Shown one piece after another: positions 26,365-35,145 of a stretch of DNA of 37,661 nt. The stretch's first letter is position 1; each line of letters starts with the position of its first letter. The notes below the pieces were generated by a model. The model was not told where the DNA came from and did not search any database. It saw nothing but the letters and a program-made list of their open reading frames with translations. The stretch is from an uncultured Chitinophagales bacterium (GTDB lineage Bacteria > Bacteroidota > Rhodothermia > Balneolales > CAYWCV01), in assembly GCA_964481355.1 (NCBI GenBank), contig CAYZWQ010000003.1, forward strand, positions 1 through 37,661. The letters run 5' to 3'. The position numbers were made by a program, and so were the translations under genes.

Positions 26365-26406
26365 GCTCAATGTTCGATGCTCAATGCTCAATGCTCGATG
26401 TTTGAT
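26365..26406 (+). repeat. Heptanucleotide tandem array, 6 units (gctcaat gttcgat gctcaat gctcaat gctcgat gtttgat), plus an isolated copy at 26353-26359
   Basis: Read directly. ATG triplets form at the unit junctions (26370, 26377, 26384, 26391, 26398). Only 26384 is in frame with the downstream signal peptide. Confidence 0.85.
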
Positions 26407-27526
26407 ACTGCTCCTGCTTCTTCTGGCGCCGGTCCAGCTCAGCGCACAGAGCTACCTGTTTCGGGATGCGGCTTTCCTGAAGGTGGCACCGGCAGCCGTC
26501 GATTCGGTCTACAACCTCAAATTCGAATCGGGACGTAAGCTGGTTGAGCCTTGGGCAAAGGCACAGCCCGATCATCCGCTGTGGATTTTCTGGGACGGTC
26601 TGGAGCTATGGTGGAAGATCGTTCCGGACCTCGAGCAGACCACCTACGACCAGGAGTTCCTGCACACCTTTGGGCGGGTCGACTACGCTTGCACGCGGCT
26701 GTTGGCACGCGACGTCAACAACTTGGACGCCCTGCTCCTGAAAGCCCTCAGCAATGGCTTCATGGCACGCCTTCATGCCAACCGCGACAACTGGATACGA
26801 AGTCTGCACTATGGCAAGGCCGCTTCCGACGCACTGACCTTGGTCGAACAGCATTACCCGGACATCGTCGACACCAAGTTCGGCCGCGGGCTCTACCTCT
26901 ACTACGCCGAGGCATTGCCAGAGACCTACAGTTTCCTGAAAACCTTCAGTTGGATGTTCCCCGAAGGTTCAAAACAACGCGGTTTGGCGATGCTTGCCAA
27001 TGCGGCCCAAAACAGCACATTCCTCAGGGTTGAGTCGACCTACTTCTTGGGAAACATCCTGCTCAACTACGAGAAGAGGGACGATCAGGCACTTCCCTAT
27101 TACGACCAGCTTCACACTACCTATCCCGACAACGCCTTCTTCACGCGCCTATACGCGAGAATCCATTTCAACCAGACCGAGAACAGTGAGGCACTCGGCA
27201 TCATGGAAGGTCTGTTGCAGACGCTTAAACCAAACGCCCCCGTTCCACTCGCCGAGGAGCTTCATCTGCTAAAGGGGCGACTCCTGTTCCAGCAAGGACG
27301 CTACAACGAGGCCAGGAGGTCAATCGAAATCACGCGGGGCTTGGCAAAAAAAGCCGACGGTGGCAACAGCCGCAGCCAACAGGTGGTGGCAACCTACTAT
27401 CTTGCCGAAATCGAGCAGTTCTCAGGCAACAAAGATGCAGCAAGAGACCTCTACCGTGAGGTAAGTCGAGCCAAGCAACCTGAATGGGCCGTGAACAACG
27501 CCCGCGAACGTCTTCGTAATTACTAG
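26384..27526 (+). CDS. Secreted helical-repeat (TPR-like) protein of unknown function
   Basis: Signal peptide MLNARCLILLLLLLAPVQLSAQ from the ATG at 26384 (the ORF-track GTG 26363 lies inside a heptamer array). The C-terminal half has TPR-like A/Y/L periodicity. Function unknown. Confidence 0.6.
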   Translation: MLNARCLILLLLLLAPVQLSAQSYLFRDAAFLKVAPAAVDSVYNLKFESGRKLVEPWAKAQPDHPLWIFWDGLELWWKIVPDLEQTTYDQEFLHTFGRVDYACTRLLARDVNNLDALLLKALSNGFMARLHANRDNWIRSLHYGKAASDALTLVEQHYPDIVDTKFGRGLYLYYAEALPETYSFLKTFSWMFPEGSKQRGLAMLANAAQNSTFLRVESTYFLGNILLNYEKRDDQALPYYDQLHTTYPDNAFFTRLYARIHFNQTENSEALGIMEGLLQTLKPNAPVPLAEELHLLKGRLLFQQGRYNEARRSIEITRGLAKKADGGNSRSQQVVATYYLAEIEQFSGNKDAARDLYREVSRAKQPEWAVNNARERLRNY

Positions 27527-27535
27527 CCCGGCACC

Positions 27536-28270
27536 GTGACGTTCGAAGGACTCCCCGTAACCCTCATGCGCCGCCGTGGCCAACGCAAGCTGCGATTGGC
27601 CATCCGTAACGGCGTGATCACCGTTTCGGGTCCATGGTGGGTGAGCAATAAGGAGCTGACCACCTTTTTGGAGCATCAACGCGAATGGGTGCAATCTTCG
27701 CTGGCAAAAAGGGAGATGCGCACTCGCGAGCTGCTCGATAAAGCCGACGACGTCTTACCCGACTTGCTTTACCTGGGCACGGCTTACCCTGTGGTCATCA
27801 CCCACGACGCCTCGGTACGGGCAGGGCATACCCACATCGATATTGAGGGAACATCAGTTGTTATACGCTATCCCGAGTGGACACCCGACCACCTGCACGT
27901 CGAACAGAATCTAGCCGAAATTAAGCGTATCATCAGCCTTTGGCTGCTCGACAAAGCCAGAGGTCACCTTGCCAGACGCACCCATGAACTTGCCGGCGAA
28001 CACGGATTCCACTTTGAACGGCTATTCATTCGCAGCCAGACCACCAAATGGGGTACATGTTCCTCGAAAAAGAACCTGTCGCTGAATCGCAAGCTCATCC
28101 AGTGCCCCGAAATGGTGATCGACTACCTGATCATTCACGAGCTGTGCCACCTCAAAGAGATGAACCACAGCGCCCGCTATTGGGCGCATGTGGCAGAACA
28201 CTATCCGAACTACAGGGATGCCGAAGCCTGGCTCAAGCGGTACGGCAATGTGGTGTTTGGGAACTATTAG
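27536..28270 (+). CDS. YgjP-like (DUF45 / M48-related) zinc metallopeptidase
   Basis: HELCHLKEMNHS HExxH motif near the C-terminus. RKLRLAIRNGVITVSGPWWVS N-terminal pattern is typical of DUF45. GTG start. The stop overlaps the convergent secretin stop. Confidence 0.8.
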   Translation: MTFEGLPVTLMRRRGQRKLRLAIRNGVITVSGPWWVSNKELTTFLEHQREWVQSSLAKREMRTRELLDKADDVLPDLLYLGTAYPVVITHDASVRAGHTHIDIEGTSVVIRYPEWTPDHLHVEQNLAEIKRIISLWLLDKARGHLARRTHELAGEHGFHFERLFIRSQTTKWGTCSSKKNLSLNRKLIQCPEMVIDYLIIHELCHLKEMNHSARYWAHVAEHYPNYRDAEAWLKRYGNVVFGNY

Positions 28271-29544
28271 TCCTTGATGCGCTTCAGGTTCACTTCGCGG
28301 ATCACATTGCGCCCACGGTTAAGCTCATCTTCAAGCGGACTGAGCTTCATATCAAAACGCTCGCGAAGGGTAGGCACCAACGTTGCCTTGATCACAACTA
28401 CCAGCTCCTTCTCGCGATAGTCCTTCGAGTTGTAGCCGAACAGATAGCGCAGGCCAAAGAACCAGGGTGGAAGATCCTTCAGGAAGGGTATGCCACGACG
28501 GATGATGAGCTCCTCGGTTTCGTACAAGCCGGCAACGACCGTAGACTCTCCGCTGTACAGCAACACCTGGGTTGATGCCTGCTGCTTGTTGATGATGGTG
28601 CTCACCGGATCGGGCGCACCTGTCGAACGCTCGGCCTTGATGTTCAGTAGGATAAACGTCGTGTCGGAATAGGAGATCACGTTGGGCGTGACGGTCAGAA
28701 TCGTACCGGTCTTATAGAACTCGTCCGTCACGTTGCCGGCGAAGTCGCGCTGTTTGATCGAAATATCCTGACCAACCTGCACGTCTCCAGCCTGGCCGTC
28801 CATCACCTTGATACGGGGCGACGAGAGTATTTGACCTGCATTGTTGGCCTCGAGCGCACTTAAGAGGGCAGTAACCTCCCAGTCGCTGGTTCCCAAATCG
28901 GGTGTCACCCCGACAATGAAGTTCTCGAGGGTGACGCCACCGGCATTCAGATTCGTGACGGAAACGATTCCGTCGTTGATGACCGACCAGTCGATTCCAA
29001 TTTCGCGCAAAATTCGGCGGTTGCCCTCGAAAAAGATCGCGGAGATCTCCACCTCACGGGTGTCGAGGTCGGGGATGAAGTCGGCGGTCATGTTCGTCTG
29101 ACGGCGAACATCAACCGGCTCGATGCGAGCCGTTGGGGTTGTCGGGGTTGTGCGCGTGGTGTCAGCCCTGGGCGTATCGGTCGGCCGCAGTACGATCTCG
29201 ATCGACTGCGGATACTCCATTATCGCCAGATCATGTGCATTGGCGATGTACTCGAGCGCCTGACGCCAATGCATGTATGGGATGCTGAACCCGATCGGAC
29301 CCGTGCGATTCGTGCGGTCGATGAGGGGTTTCTCTGCAAAACGGCGCGAGAAGCCTCCCAAAATCTGCAACGCCTGCGGGAAGGTGGTCTCGGCGGCAAG
29401 CGTCACCATCTCGTCGGGGTTGGTGTACTCGCGAATCGGTGGGTTCACTTGGCCGTGCACCGGTGCCACGACTGCCAGCACTCCTGTCAGCGCCAGTGCA
29501 ACACAGATTCCTGAAATCGGTTTAAGCATCCTGTTCATATACAT
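28267..29544 (-). CDS. pilQ: Small secretin (PilQ/GspD family), 425 aa
   Basis: Signal peptide ...LAVVAPVHGQ. Secretin core begins EVEISAIFFEGNRRILREIGIDW, with LSALEANNAGQILSSPRIKVMDGQ. C-terminal GIPFLKDLP...LFGY....REKELVVVIKATLV. AAGGA SD upstream (the ATG at 29538 is also possible). Confidence 0.85.
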   Translation of the reverse strand: MYMNRMLKPISGICVALALTGVLAVVAPVHGQVNPPIREYTNPDEMVTLAAETTFPQALQILGGFSRRFAEKPLIDRTNRTGPIGFSIPYMHWRQALEYIANAHDLAIMEYPQSIEIVLRPTDTPRADTTRTTPTTPTARIEPVDVRRQTNMTADFIPDLDTREVEISAIFFEGNRRILREIGIDWSVINDGIVSVTNLNAGGVTLENFIVGVTPDLGTSDWEVTALLSALEANNAGQILSSPRIKVMDGQAGDVQVGQDISIKQRDFAGNVTDEFYKTGTILTVTPNVISYSDTTFILLNIKAERSTGAPDPVSTIINKQQASTQVLLYSGESTVVAGLYETEELIIRRGIPFLKDLPPWFFGLRYLFGYNSKDYREKELVVVIKATLVPTLRERFDMKLSPLEDELNRGRNVIREVNLKRIKD

Positions 29545-29551
29545 GTTCCTT

Positions 29552-30478
29552 TTAGTTTTCGCTGATCTGGAGTGTCACAAGCTCAGTTTGTCCACCCCGG
29601 GTGATACGAAACGTGGCCGTCTTGCGCGACAGGCTGATCTCGTCGAGCGTGCCCAAATAGACGCGCCCTCCAATTGGGATGTAAACGATTTGCCTCTGTT
29701 GATCCTCGAGGTACACCCCGCTACGAACCAAACCCACAAGGGTACTGCGGTTAATGTCTGGCAAACCTTCCGAATTCGGCGGCGGACCCGTGTTTGCACG
29801 AGATGTCGTTTCGTTATCCGTCAATATCGGTTCTGGCGACGAGCCTCTTGACGGTTCAAATCGAACCAGCGGATTAAACGGATTGTGGATGGCCCTCGGC
29901 GTGTCAAAATTGATCAACAGCGCCGGATTTTCAATGCTGGTAGCACGCGTGAAATAGAAATTTACGGTCGCCTCATACAATATGAACTCCGTACCCGAGT
30001 TGTCGGTCTGTGCCGATATGCGAAGATCCGTGATCTTTGTCATCGGCTTGCTCTGCTCAAGGATGCTCATGAAATTATAGAAGGCATCGTAGGTGCCACC
30101 GCCCGACAATTTGACGCGGATGATGCCGTATTGATCTTGCAGCACCGAATCGATGAGCGTGAAGTTCAGCGAGGTCTGCGCGGCCCCCGTGTTGATGGTG
30201 CGCAGATAATCGAACATCACGGCCACATTGTTGCTCGAGAAAAACTGTTTGGTGTGGTTCTCGTACTGGAAACGCACCGTGCGAAGCTGTTCCTCAACCG
30301 ACACGTACTGACCTGTTTTCTCCGTATAGGTCTCCAAATCGGCCCTTTTTTGTTCGATTTCGGCCTTTTGCTGAATAATGGGGTCCTCATAGAAATAGCG
30401 TATGAAGGCCCAACCTCCGGCGAAGAGCACGATGATGGTGGCCAATAGAATCAATGTGTTGCGAACGGCGTACGACAT
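29552..30478 (-). CDS. PilO-like/PilP-like fusion (type IV filament alignment-complex protein)
   Basis: N-terminal TM helix (LILLATIIVLFAGGWAF), coiled-coil and a PilO-type domain. A linker carrying NPFNP follows, then a PilP-like beta domain (LVGLVRSG...VYIPIGGRVYLGTLDEISL..ATFRI). ATG at 30478 is preceded by GGGAGAG, 2 nt after the upstream stop (the ORF-track GTG is at 30484). Confidence 0.65.
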   Translation of the reverse strand: MSYAVRNTLILLATIIVLFAGGWAFIRYFYEDPIIQQKAEIEQKRADLETYTEKTGQYVSVEEQLRTVRFQYENHTKQFFSSNNVAVMFDYLRTINTGAAQTSLNFTLIDSVLQDQYGIIRVKLSGGGTYDAFYNFMSILEQSKPMTKITDLRISAQTDNSGTEFILYEATVNFYFTRATSIENPALLINFDTPRAIHNPFNPLVRFEPSRGSSPEPILTDNETTSRANTGPPPNSEGLPDINRSTLVGLVRSGVYLEDQQRQIVYIPIGGRVYLGTLDEISLSRKTATFRITRGGQTELVTLQISEN

Positions 30479-30480
30479 AG

Positions 30481-32202
30481 TCACTCTCCCGGAATTTGGA
30501 TTGCGGTTGAGTCGACAGGCACAGCCAATGAATCAGCTGCTGCCGGGTCTTGATACACCGGTCGGGGCGGGTTGAAAATCGATTCGTCAAGAACGATCTT
30601 CGTGACCAGCAATGTGAAATCATACACCGTAGGACGACCGTCACGTTCCTGAACCGAGAGGATGACGGCATTCTCGAAGCTTTCGCTGATCATCGGGATG
30701 CGGTCGCGCGACAGACTTGAACCCTGGATGAGAATACCCCCGCCCGGTTGAGATGCCAGCGATCGTATCCAGATGCTGCGGATCTCCTGCGTGGACTCAT
30801 TGATGCCGGCCATGGTGGTCGACCACTTCCGGGTTTCGGCACTGAGCTCGTCGAGAAGCCCCAATCGGGCGCTGTAGTCGTTGAAGTCGGCCATGAACTG
30901 GTCGACAGCATCCGCGATCGGCTTGGTTTCAGAAATCTGTGCATCCAGAAAACCGATGGTCTGCTGATTGCTTTCGAACTCGCGGCTGATCTCCTGAAAC
31001 CTGTAATTGAAGATCAAAGGAAAAAGTGCAATGATGCCGAGCAGCACGTAACCATGCCAGCCCAGCTTGAACACCTGTTGGCGCAGCAGTACCCGCTCCG
31101 GAACAAAACTCAGGCCCGGGAAGTCGCTCTCGCTGCCCGCTCCTGCCGCCCACGCGACACCGATGGCCCTGAGGTGATCCTGAAGCTCGCCAATTTCGAT
31201 GGTTTCGTCGATTTCGAAAATGTCAGGGTTGAACTGAAATGCCTCGACGTCGATGTCGATGAACTGCTCGCGCAGATAGTTGCCCATCTGCTCGTCGGCC
31301 GTGTCAGAGGTGATAATCACCTGGTCGAGTGTTGGTATCTTGCCGCGGTCGATCTCGAAGAGAATCTTGCTGAATACCGTTCGTACAAACTTCGGATTGT
31401 TACGGCCTTCGTTGATGACCGGCAAGATGGTGTGCACCCTCTTGCCCTGCAGGAACAAGACCGCCGTGCGCGTATCCTCGGCATGGATGATACAGGTGAA
31501 CTGCTGATCCTGAAGCTTGTAATTGGCCCGCGTCAACCCCACCAAGACAGCCTCGTCGGGGATGATCTCACGAACGTTCACCTTGCCCGTGTAGATCGGC
31601 AGGGCGGAGTCGAGGATCTCGAGCGACTCGATGTTGTTGCCAATTGAGGCAACGAAGAGCGAGCCGTCATCACGGACGTAGTAACGCAACTGATCGTTGG
31701 TCACAACCTGACCGTAGTAGGCGTTCACACGCTCTTTAAGCTCTTTTAGGGTCTTCTTTTTGCCGAGCTTCTTGTGGTTGACGTCGCTCACCACTTGGAA
31801 ATAGGTGTCGCCAATTGGGATGTTCAGGGCGACATTCACCGACTTCGGATGCTCACCGCTCAGAATTTGCGCCATTTGGCTGGCGTTCGACTCCACGTCG
31901 ATGCCCTCGAGGGCAATGTCTTTGCCCATGTCGAAATCTGATTCCAACGATGGGATTGCAGGTTTCGCCGGACCAGGCCCCGTATCGTCGTCAAGGTCGA
32001 GCAAGAGCGACGACGGCTCGATCATTTCGTCGGTTACCGTCGGTTGCGCGCTTGCGACACCTTTTCGGACGGGCGTGACGAGGTCAACCGTGTTCAAGTG
32101 CATGACCCTCATCTTGCCTTTGTTGAAGGTCACCGTTGCGACACGCAGCTTGTCGTCCTCAAGCGATATCCCAGTAGTAAGTTTGGATTTTCGGTCAAAC
32201 AT
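30481..32202 (-). CDS. PilM-like/PilN-like fusion (GspL-like topology)
   Basis: About 390 aa of cytoplasmic actin-like PilM-type region (TTGISLEDDKLRVATV...). One TM helix (GWHGYVLLGIIALFPLIF), then a ~160-aa periplasmic PilN-like coiled-coil/ferredoxin-like region. Confidence 0.65.
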   Translation of the reverse strand: MFDRKSKLTTGISLEDDKLRVATVTFNKGKMRVMHLNTVDLVTPVRKGVASAQPTVTDEMIEPSSLLLDLDDDTGPGPAKPAIPSLESDFDMGKDIALEGIDVESNASQMAQILSGEHPKSVNVALNIPIGDTYFQVVSDVNHKKLGKKKTLKELKERVNAYYGQVVTNDQLRYYVRDDGSLFVASIGNNIESLEILDSALPIYTGKVNVREIIPDEAVLVGLTRANYKLQDQQFTCIIHAEDTRTAVLFLQGKRVHTILPVINEGRNNPKFVRTVFSKILFEIDRGKIPTLDQVIITSDTADEQMGNYLREQFIDIDVEAFQFNPDIFEIDETIEIGELQDHLRAIGVAWAAGAGSESDFPGLSFVPERVLLRQQVFKLGWHGYVLLGIIALFPLIFNYRFQEISREFESNQQTIGFLDAQISETKPIADAVDQFMADFNDYSARLGLLDELSAETRKWSTTMAGINESTQEIRSIWIRSLASQPGGGILIQGSSLSRDRIPMISESFENAVILSVQERDGRPTVYDFTLLVTKIVLDESIFNPPRPVYQDPAAADSLAVPVDSTAIQIPGE

Positions 32203-32213
32203 CTGTTCGCCTT

Positions 32214-33440
32214 TTATGATACCAAATCCTTGAAACGTTTCTTATTGTTGGCGTAATTATACGCCTCCTCCATCGAAATTACACCTTCTTTGTACAATCG
32301 TTTAAGATCCTGCTCAAGGGTGTGCATTCCGAAGCCGCTGCCCTCCATGATCATCTGGTAGATTTCACCCGTGTTGTTATTGCGGATGGCCGCCTTGACC
32401 GACGTGGTGGTGAGCAGCACCTCCTTCGCAAGCGTGCGCTTTCCGTCGATGGTTGGAACCAGCTTCTGCGAAATCACGCAGGTGAGGGTGTCGGCCAGGC
32501 GGTTGCGCACACGCTCCTGCTCGTGGGTAGGCACCTCGCCAATGATACGGTCGATGCTCTCCACGGCCGAGGCGGTGTGCAGGGTCGAAAAGGTCTTGTG
32601 GCCCGAGTCGGTGATCTCCAAGGCAGTGGTGATGGTCTCCGGATCTCGAAGCTCGCCGATCATGATGATGTCGGGATCCTGACGCAGCGACTCGATGGCT
32701 CCCGACTTGAACGACATGGTGTCGCGGCCCACTTCGCGGTGACGCACGATGCACTTGATGGGCTTGTGCACCATTTCGATCGGGGAGGCGATGATCACGA
32801 TGTGCGCCTCGACCGAGCGGTTGTTGGCGTCGATGATCGAGTCGAGGGTGGCCGACTTACCCGAACCGGTGATTCCCGTCACCAAGGTCATGCCGTACTT
32901 CAGGTTCTTGAGGCTGAGCGCGGAGGCGATGACCGGGTGGAAATTCAGCCCCTTGAACGGACGGATCGAGCTGTTGATGCGGCGCATGTTGAGCGCGATG
33001 GCGTCGAGGTCGAAATACATGTTGGCACGGTAACGCTTGCTCTCACCGTCGTCGGTGTCGATCACATACGAAAAGTCCAAGTTCTTCCGCTCCATGAAGA
33101 AGTTGAACTGGGCAGGCATCAGCACCGACAGCAGCAGCACGTTCATGTCTTTGGGGTTGATCTCAGGACCCTCCAGCCATGGCGCCTTGGTGCCGTAGAT
33201 GCGGTACCAGATGCGGTTTGCCGTTCCGTTCGAGCCCATGTCGATGTCGGAGGCGTCGATGTCGTCCATGCGTAGCAACCACGTGTCGAGCAAATTGCGC
33301 AGGTAGATCAAATGGTCGTCGGGCAACTGACGGATCTTCTCGTACATGGCACGAAAAAACTCCACGCCCGTAAGGTTGCGTGGCAGCGCGTTGCGCACCG
33401 GATCAATGATGGTTCTCAAGTCCTGCATAGAGTCTGACAA
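32214..33440 (-). CDS. pilT: PilT-family hexameric ATPase (retraction-type), divergent, with N-terminal extension
   Basis: Walker A GITGSGKSAT, Walker B DPDIIMIGELRD, His box GHKTFSTLHTASA, AIRN motif remnant. Start is TTG at 33440 or ATG at 33428. Confidence 0.85.
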   Translation of the reverse strand: MSDSMQDLRTIIDPVRNALPRNLTGVEFFRAMYEKIRQLPDDHLIYLRNLLDTWLLRMDDIDASDIDMGSNGTANRIWYRIYGTKAPWLEGPEINPKDMNVLLLSVLMPAQFNFFMERKNLDFSYVIDTDDGESKRYRANMYFDLDAIALNMRRINSSIRPFKGLNFHPVIASALSLKNLKYGMTLVTGITGSGKSATLDSIIDANNRSVEAHIVIIASPIEMVHKPIKCIVRHREVGRDTMSFKSGAIESLRQDPDIIMIGELRDPETITTALEITDSGHKTFSTLHTASAVESIDRIIGEVPTHEQERVRNRLADTLTCVISQKLVPTIDGKRTLAKEVLLTTTSVKAAIRNNNTGEIYQMIMEGSGFGMHTLEQDLKRLYKEGVISMEEAYNYANNKKRFKDLVS

Positions 33441-33468
33441 CGACGTTAAGATACTGTTCGTTAGGTGT

Positions 33469-34590
33469 TTAGTCTAATATATAGGTAATGTTTTGACGAA
33501 CCAATCCTGCCAATGCATCGATGTTCCGGAGGTTGGCTATTGTGGCACTGCTGTACTGGATCATAACGTTACCGTTAACGGTGATGTCGACCTCTTCGTC
33601 CACGATAAACTGTGGGAGTGGGGCTGTTGGATCTGGGGATGGTGTGTAAATGATGCCCCCAAAAATTTTTGGAATACCAGATGCGATATTAACTGTGCCC
33701 ATACCGATGATTAAACCGTGGAACTCAGGGTTTCCGGCAAGCTCCAATTCGCCACCGGGTTCAACGATAATTACACCCGCATGCGGACCCGAACTTAAGT
33801 TAAAATGCCCTCCAGCCTTGATGACCATGATCATTGGATCTGCAGGTGTACCTGGACTAAATTGTTTGTCACACACCGATGTACCGGCATTCCGGGGTTG
33901 TGTGCAGTTAAAGTCGGCATTGGCCGATGCAAAATTGATGAACTCAAGCAACTCGGCGTCGTTCATGTTCGGATCGTGCACCACGCTGGGTTCACTCGTG
34001 CCCGCACCGATGATATTATCGAGCTGTTGATTACCCAATACATCCAGCACACTCTCTTCCCCCTCAGCCGTACTTGTGGTGATACCGGGTAAGTGTTGTG
34101 CATACGTTGGCTCCGAGCCATCCGGATTTTTGTCAAATCCTGAAATCAAAAATGAGTTTCCCTTGAAATCGATGTCAATATTGGATCCATAGATGCCCAC
34201 GGCACCGTTTGCAGGTGGGATGCCGTCGGTCTGGTAAACCCTTGCGATCACACGTGCCGTCACACCGTCGCTGGTGCCGGTGCTGCGGATCTCCACATAA
34301 TCTTCAGGTATGTTGGCATCGTGCGTTTCGTCGAGCACGACCACCGTAGCCGAATTGTTGCCGAAGTTGTACGTCATCGGGCTGTTGGTCGCGACCCTCC
34401 ACTCCCTGTCGGCACCCAACGAAAGCATGGCACGCTCCAAGCCGCTGTTGGCCGCATTGCGAGCCTGCGACAAGTGCACATAGCTCACCGAAAGCTGGTC
34501 GATCTGTGTCTGACGGTTCATCACGCCGATCTGGGTCAGGCTGAAGACCAAGAACATGGATGTGACGATAATTAACATGCTGCGTCCCAT
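33469..34590 (-). CDS. PilX-like minor-pilin-like protein (PilX_N-type N-terminus plus large C-terminal domain)
   Basis: MGRSMLIIVTSMFLVFSLTQIGVMNRQ...ARNAANSGLERAMLSL fits the PilX N-domain pattern. C-terminal GVIIVEPGGELELAGNPEFHGLIIGMGTVNI..G.PKIFGGIIY motif is seen in PilX/TadG-like proteins. GAGG SD 7 nt upstream. Confidence 0.6.
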   Translation of the reverse strand: MGRSMLIIVTSMFLVFSLTQIGVMNRQTQIDQLSVSYVHLSQARNAANSGLERAMLSLGADREWRVATNSPMTYNFGNNSATVVVLDETHDANIPEDYVEIRSTGTSDGVTARVIARVYQTDGIPPANGAVGIYGSNIDIDFKGNSFLISGFDKNPDGSEPTYAQHLPGITTSTAEGEESVLDVLGNQQLDNIIGAGTSEPSVVHDPNMNDAELLEFINFASANADFNCTQPRNAGTSVCDKQFSPGTPADPMIMVIKAGGHFNLSSGPHAGVIIVEPGGELELAGNPEFHGLIIGMGTVNIASGIPKIFGGIIYTPSPDPTAPLPQFIVDEEVDITVNGNVMIQYSSATIANLRNIDALAGLVRQNITYILD

Positions 34591-34599
34591 AATGCTACC

Positions 34600-35145
34600 T
34601 CAGTTTTGTAAACCCCTGGGGGTAATATCTGTTTCCCAATACGACCGTGCCCATTCGTTCATGTACGACACGTTGCTCTCCACGATCATCCGCACACGAA
34701 TGCGGGTCACTTCCGACGGCGTGAGCGTCGAGTCGCCGTCGGCATCGAAATACCGATACCTAAAACTGACAATTCCACTTCCAAAATCGGTGGTGTCGCT
34801 GCCCGCAATTCGGTATAGCTTACGGTCGCGGGGGTTTGGCGATTCTGTGTCCTGTACATTCTGGTCCCAAACCCAACGCACGGTCTGAATGGTGCCGTTG
34901 ACGTCGGCCCTGCTGAACATCAGATTGTGTTCGGCGAGCTGCACGATCTGGCTGCCAGGAGCCACACCAGCCCCCACCTGCCTTAAGTCGGCAGTGACGT
35001 AGGCCGAAACCGCCTCCACTTTGGCCTTGGTGGCAAACTGCATCGTTTTGATACCGGCACTCTGTGTCACCCGCGTGTTCAGGCCGATCATCGCAAGCAT
35101 CAAAAGCCCGCCAATAATCGCACTGATAACTAAACTCATGTTCAT
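34600..35145 (-). CDS. PilW/GspJ-like minor-pilin-like protein lacking a canonical prepilin leader
   Basis: MNMSLVISAIIGGLLMLAMIGL... then VTADLRQVGAG, which parallels the PilW motif ...RDLRMAG. GGAGG SD 6 nt upstream. The start overlaps the upstream stop (ATGA). Confidence 0.6.
   Translation of the reverse strand: MNMSLVISAIIGGLLMLAMIGLNTRVTQSAGIKTMQFATKAKVEAVSAYVTADLRQVGAGVAPGSQIVQLAEHNLMFSRADVNGTIQTVRWVWDQNVQDTESPNPRDRKLYRIAGSDTTDFGSGIVSFRYRYFDADGDSTLTPSEVTRIRVRMIVESNVSYMNEWARSYWETDITPRGLQN

Noticed and set aside
26384-27526. TPR-like secreted protein as a PilF/Tgl-type secretin pilotin
   Set aside because: It has no lipobox cysteine after the signal peptide. It is convergent to the filament operon rather than part of it, and is separated from it by the YgjP-like gene. 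Only its helical-repeat character supports the idea.
32322-33275. 317-aa ORF antisense to the pilT-like gene (likewise 30748..31647 opposite the PilM-N gene, and 3467..4339 opposite lhgO)
   Set aside because: These are shadow ORFs within CDSs that carry Walker/His-box or FAD motifs. None has an independent start context or recognisable domains.
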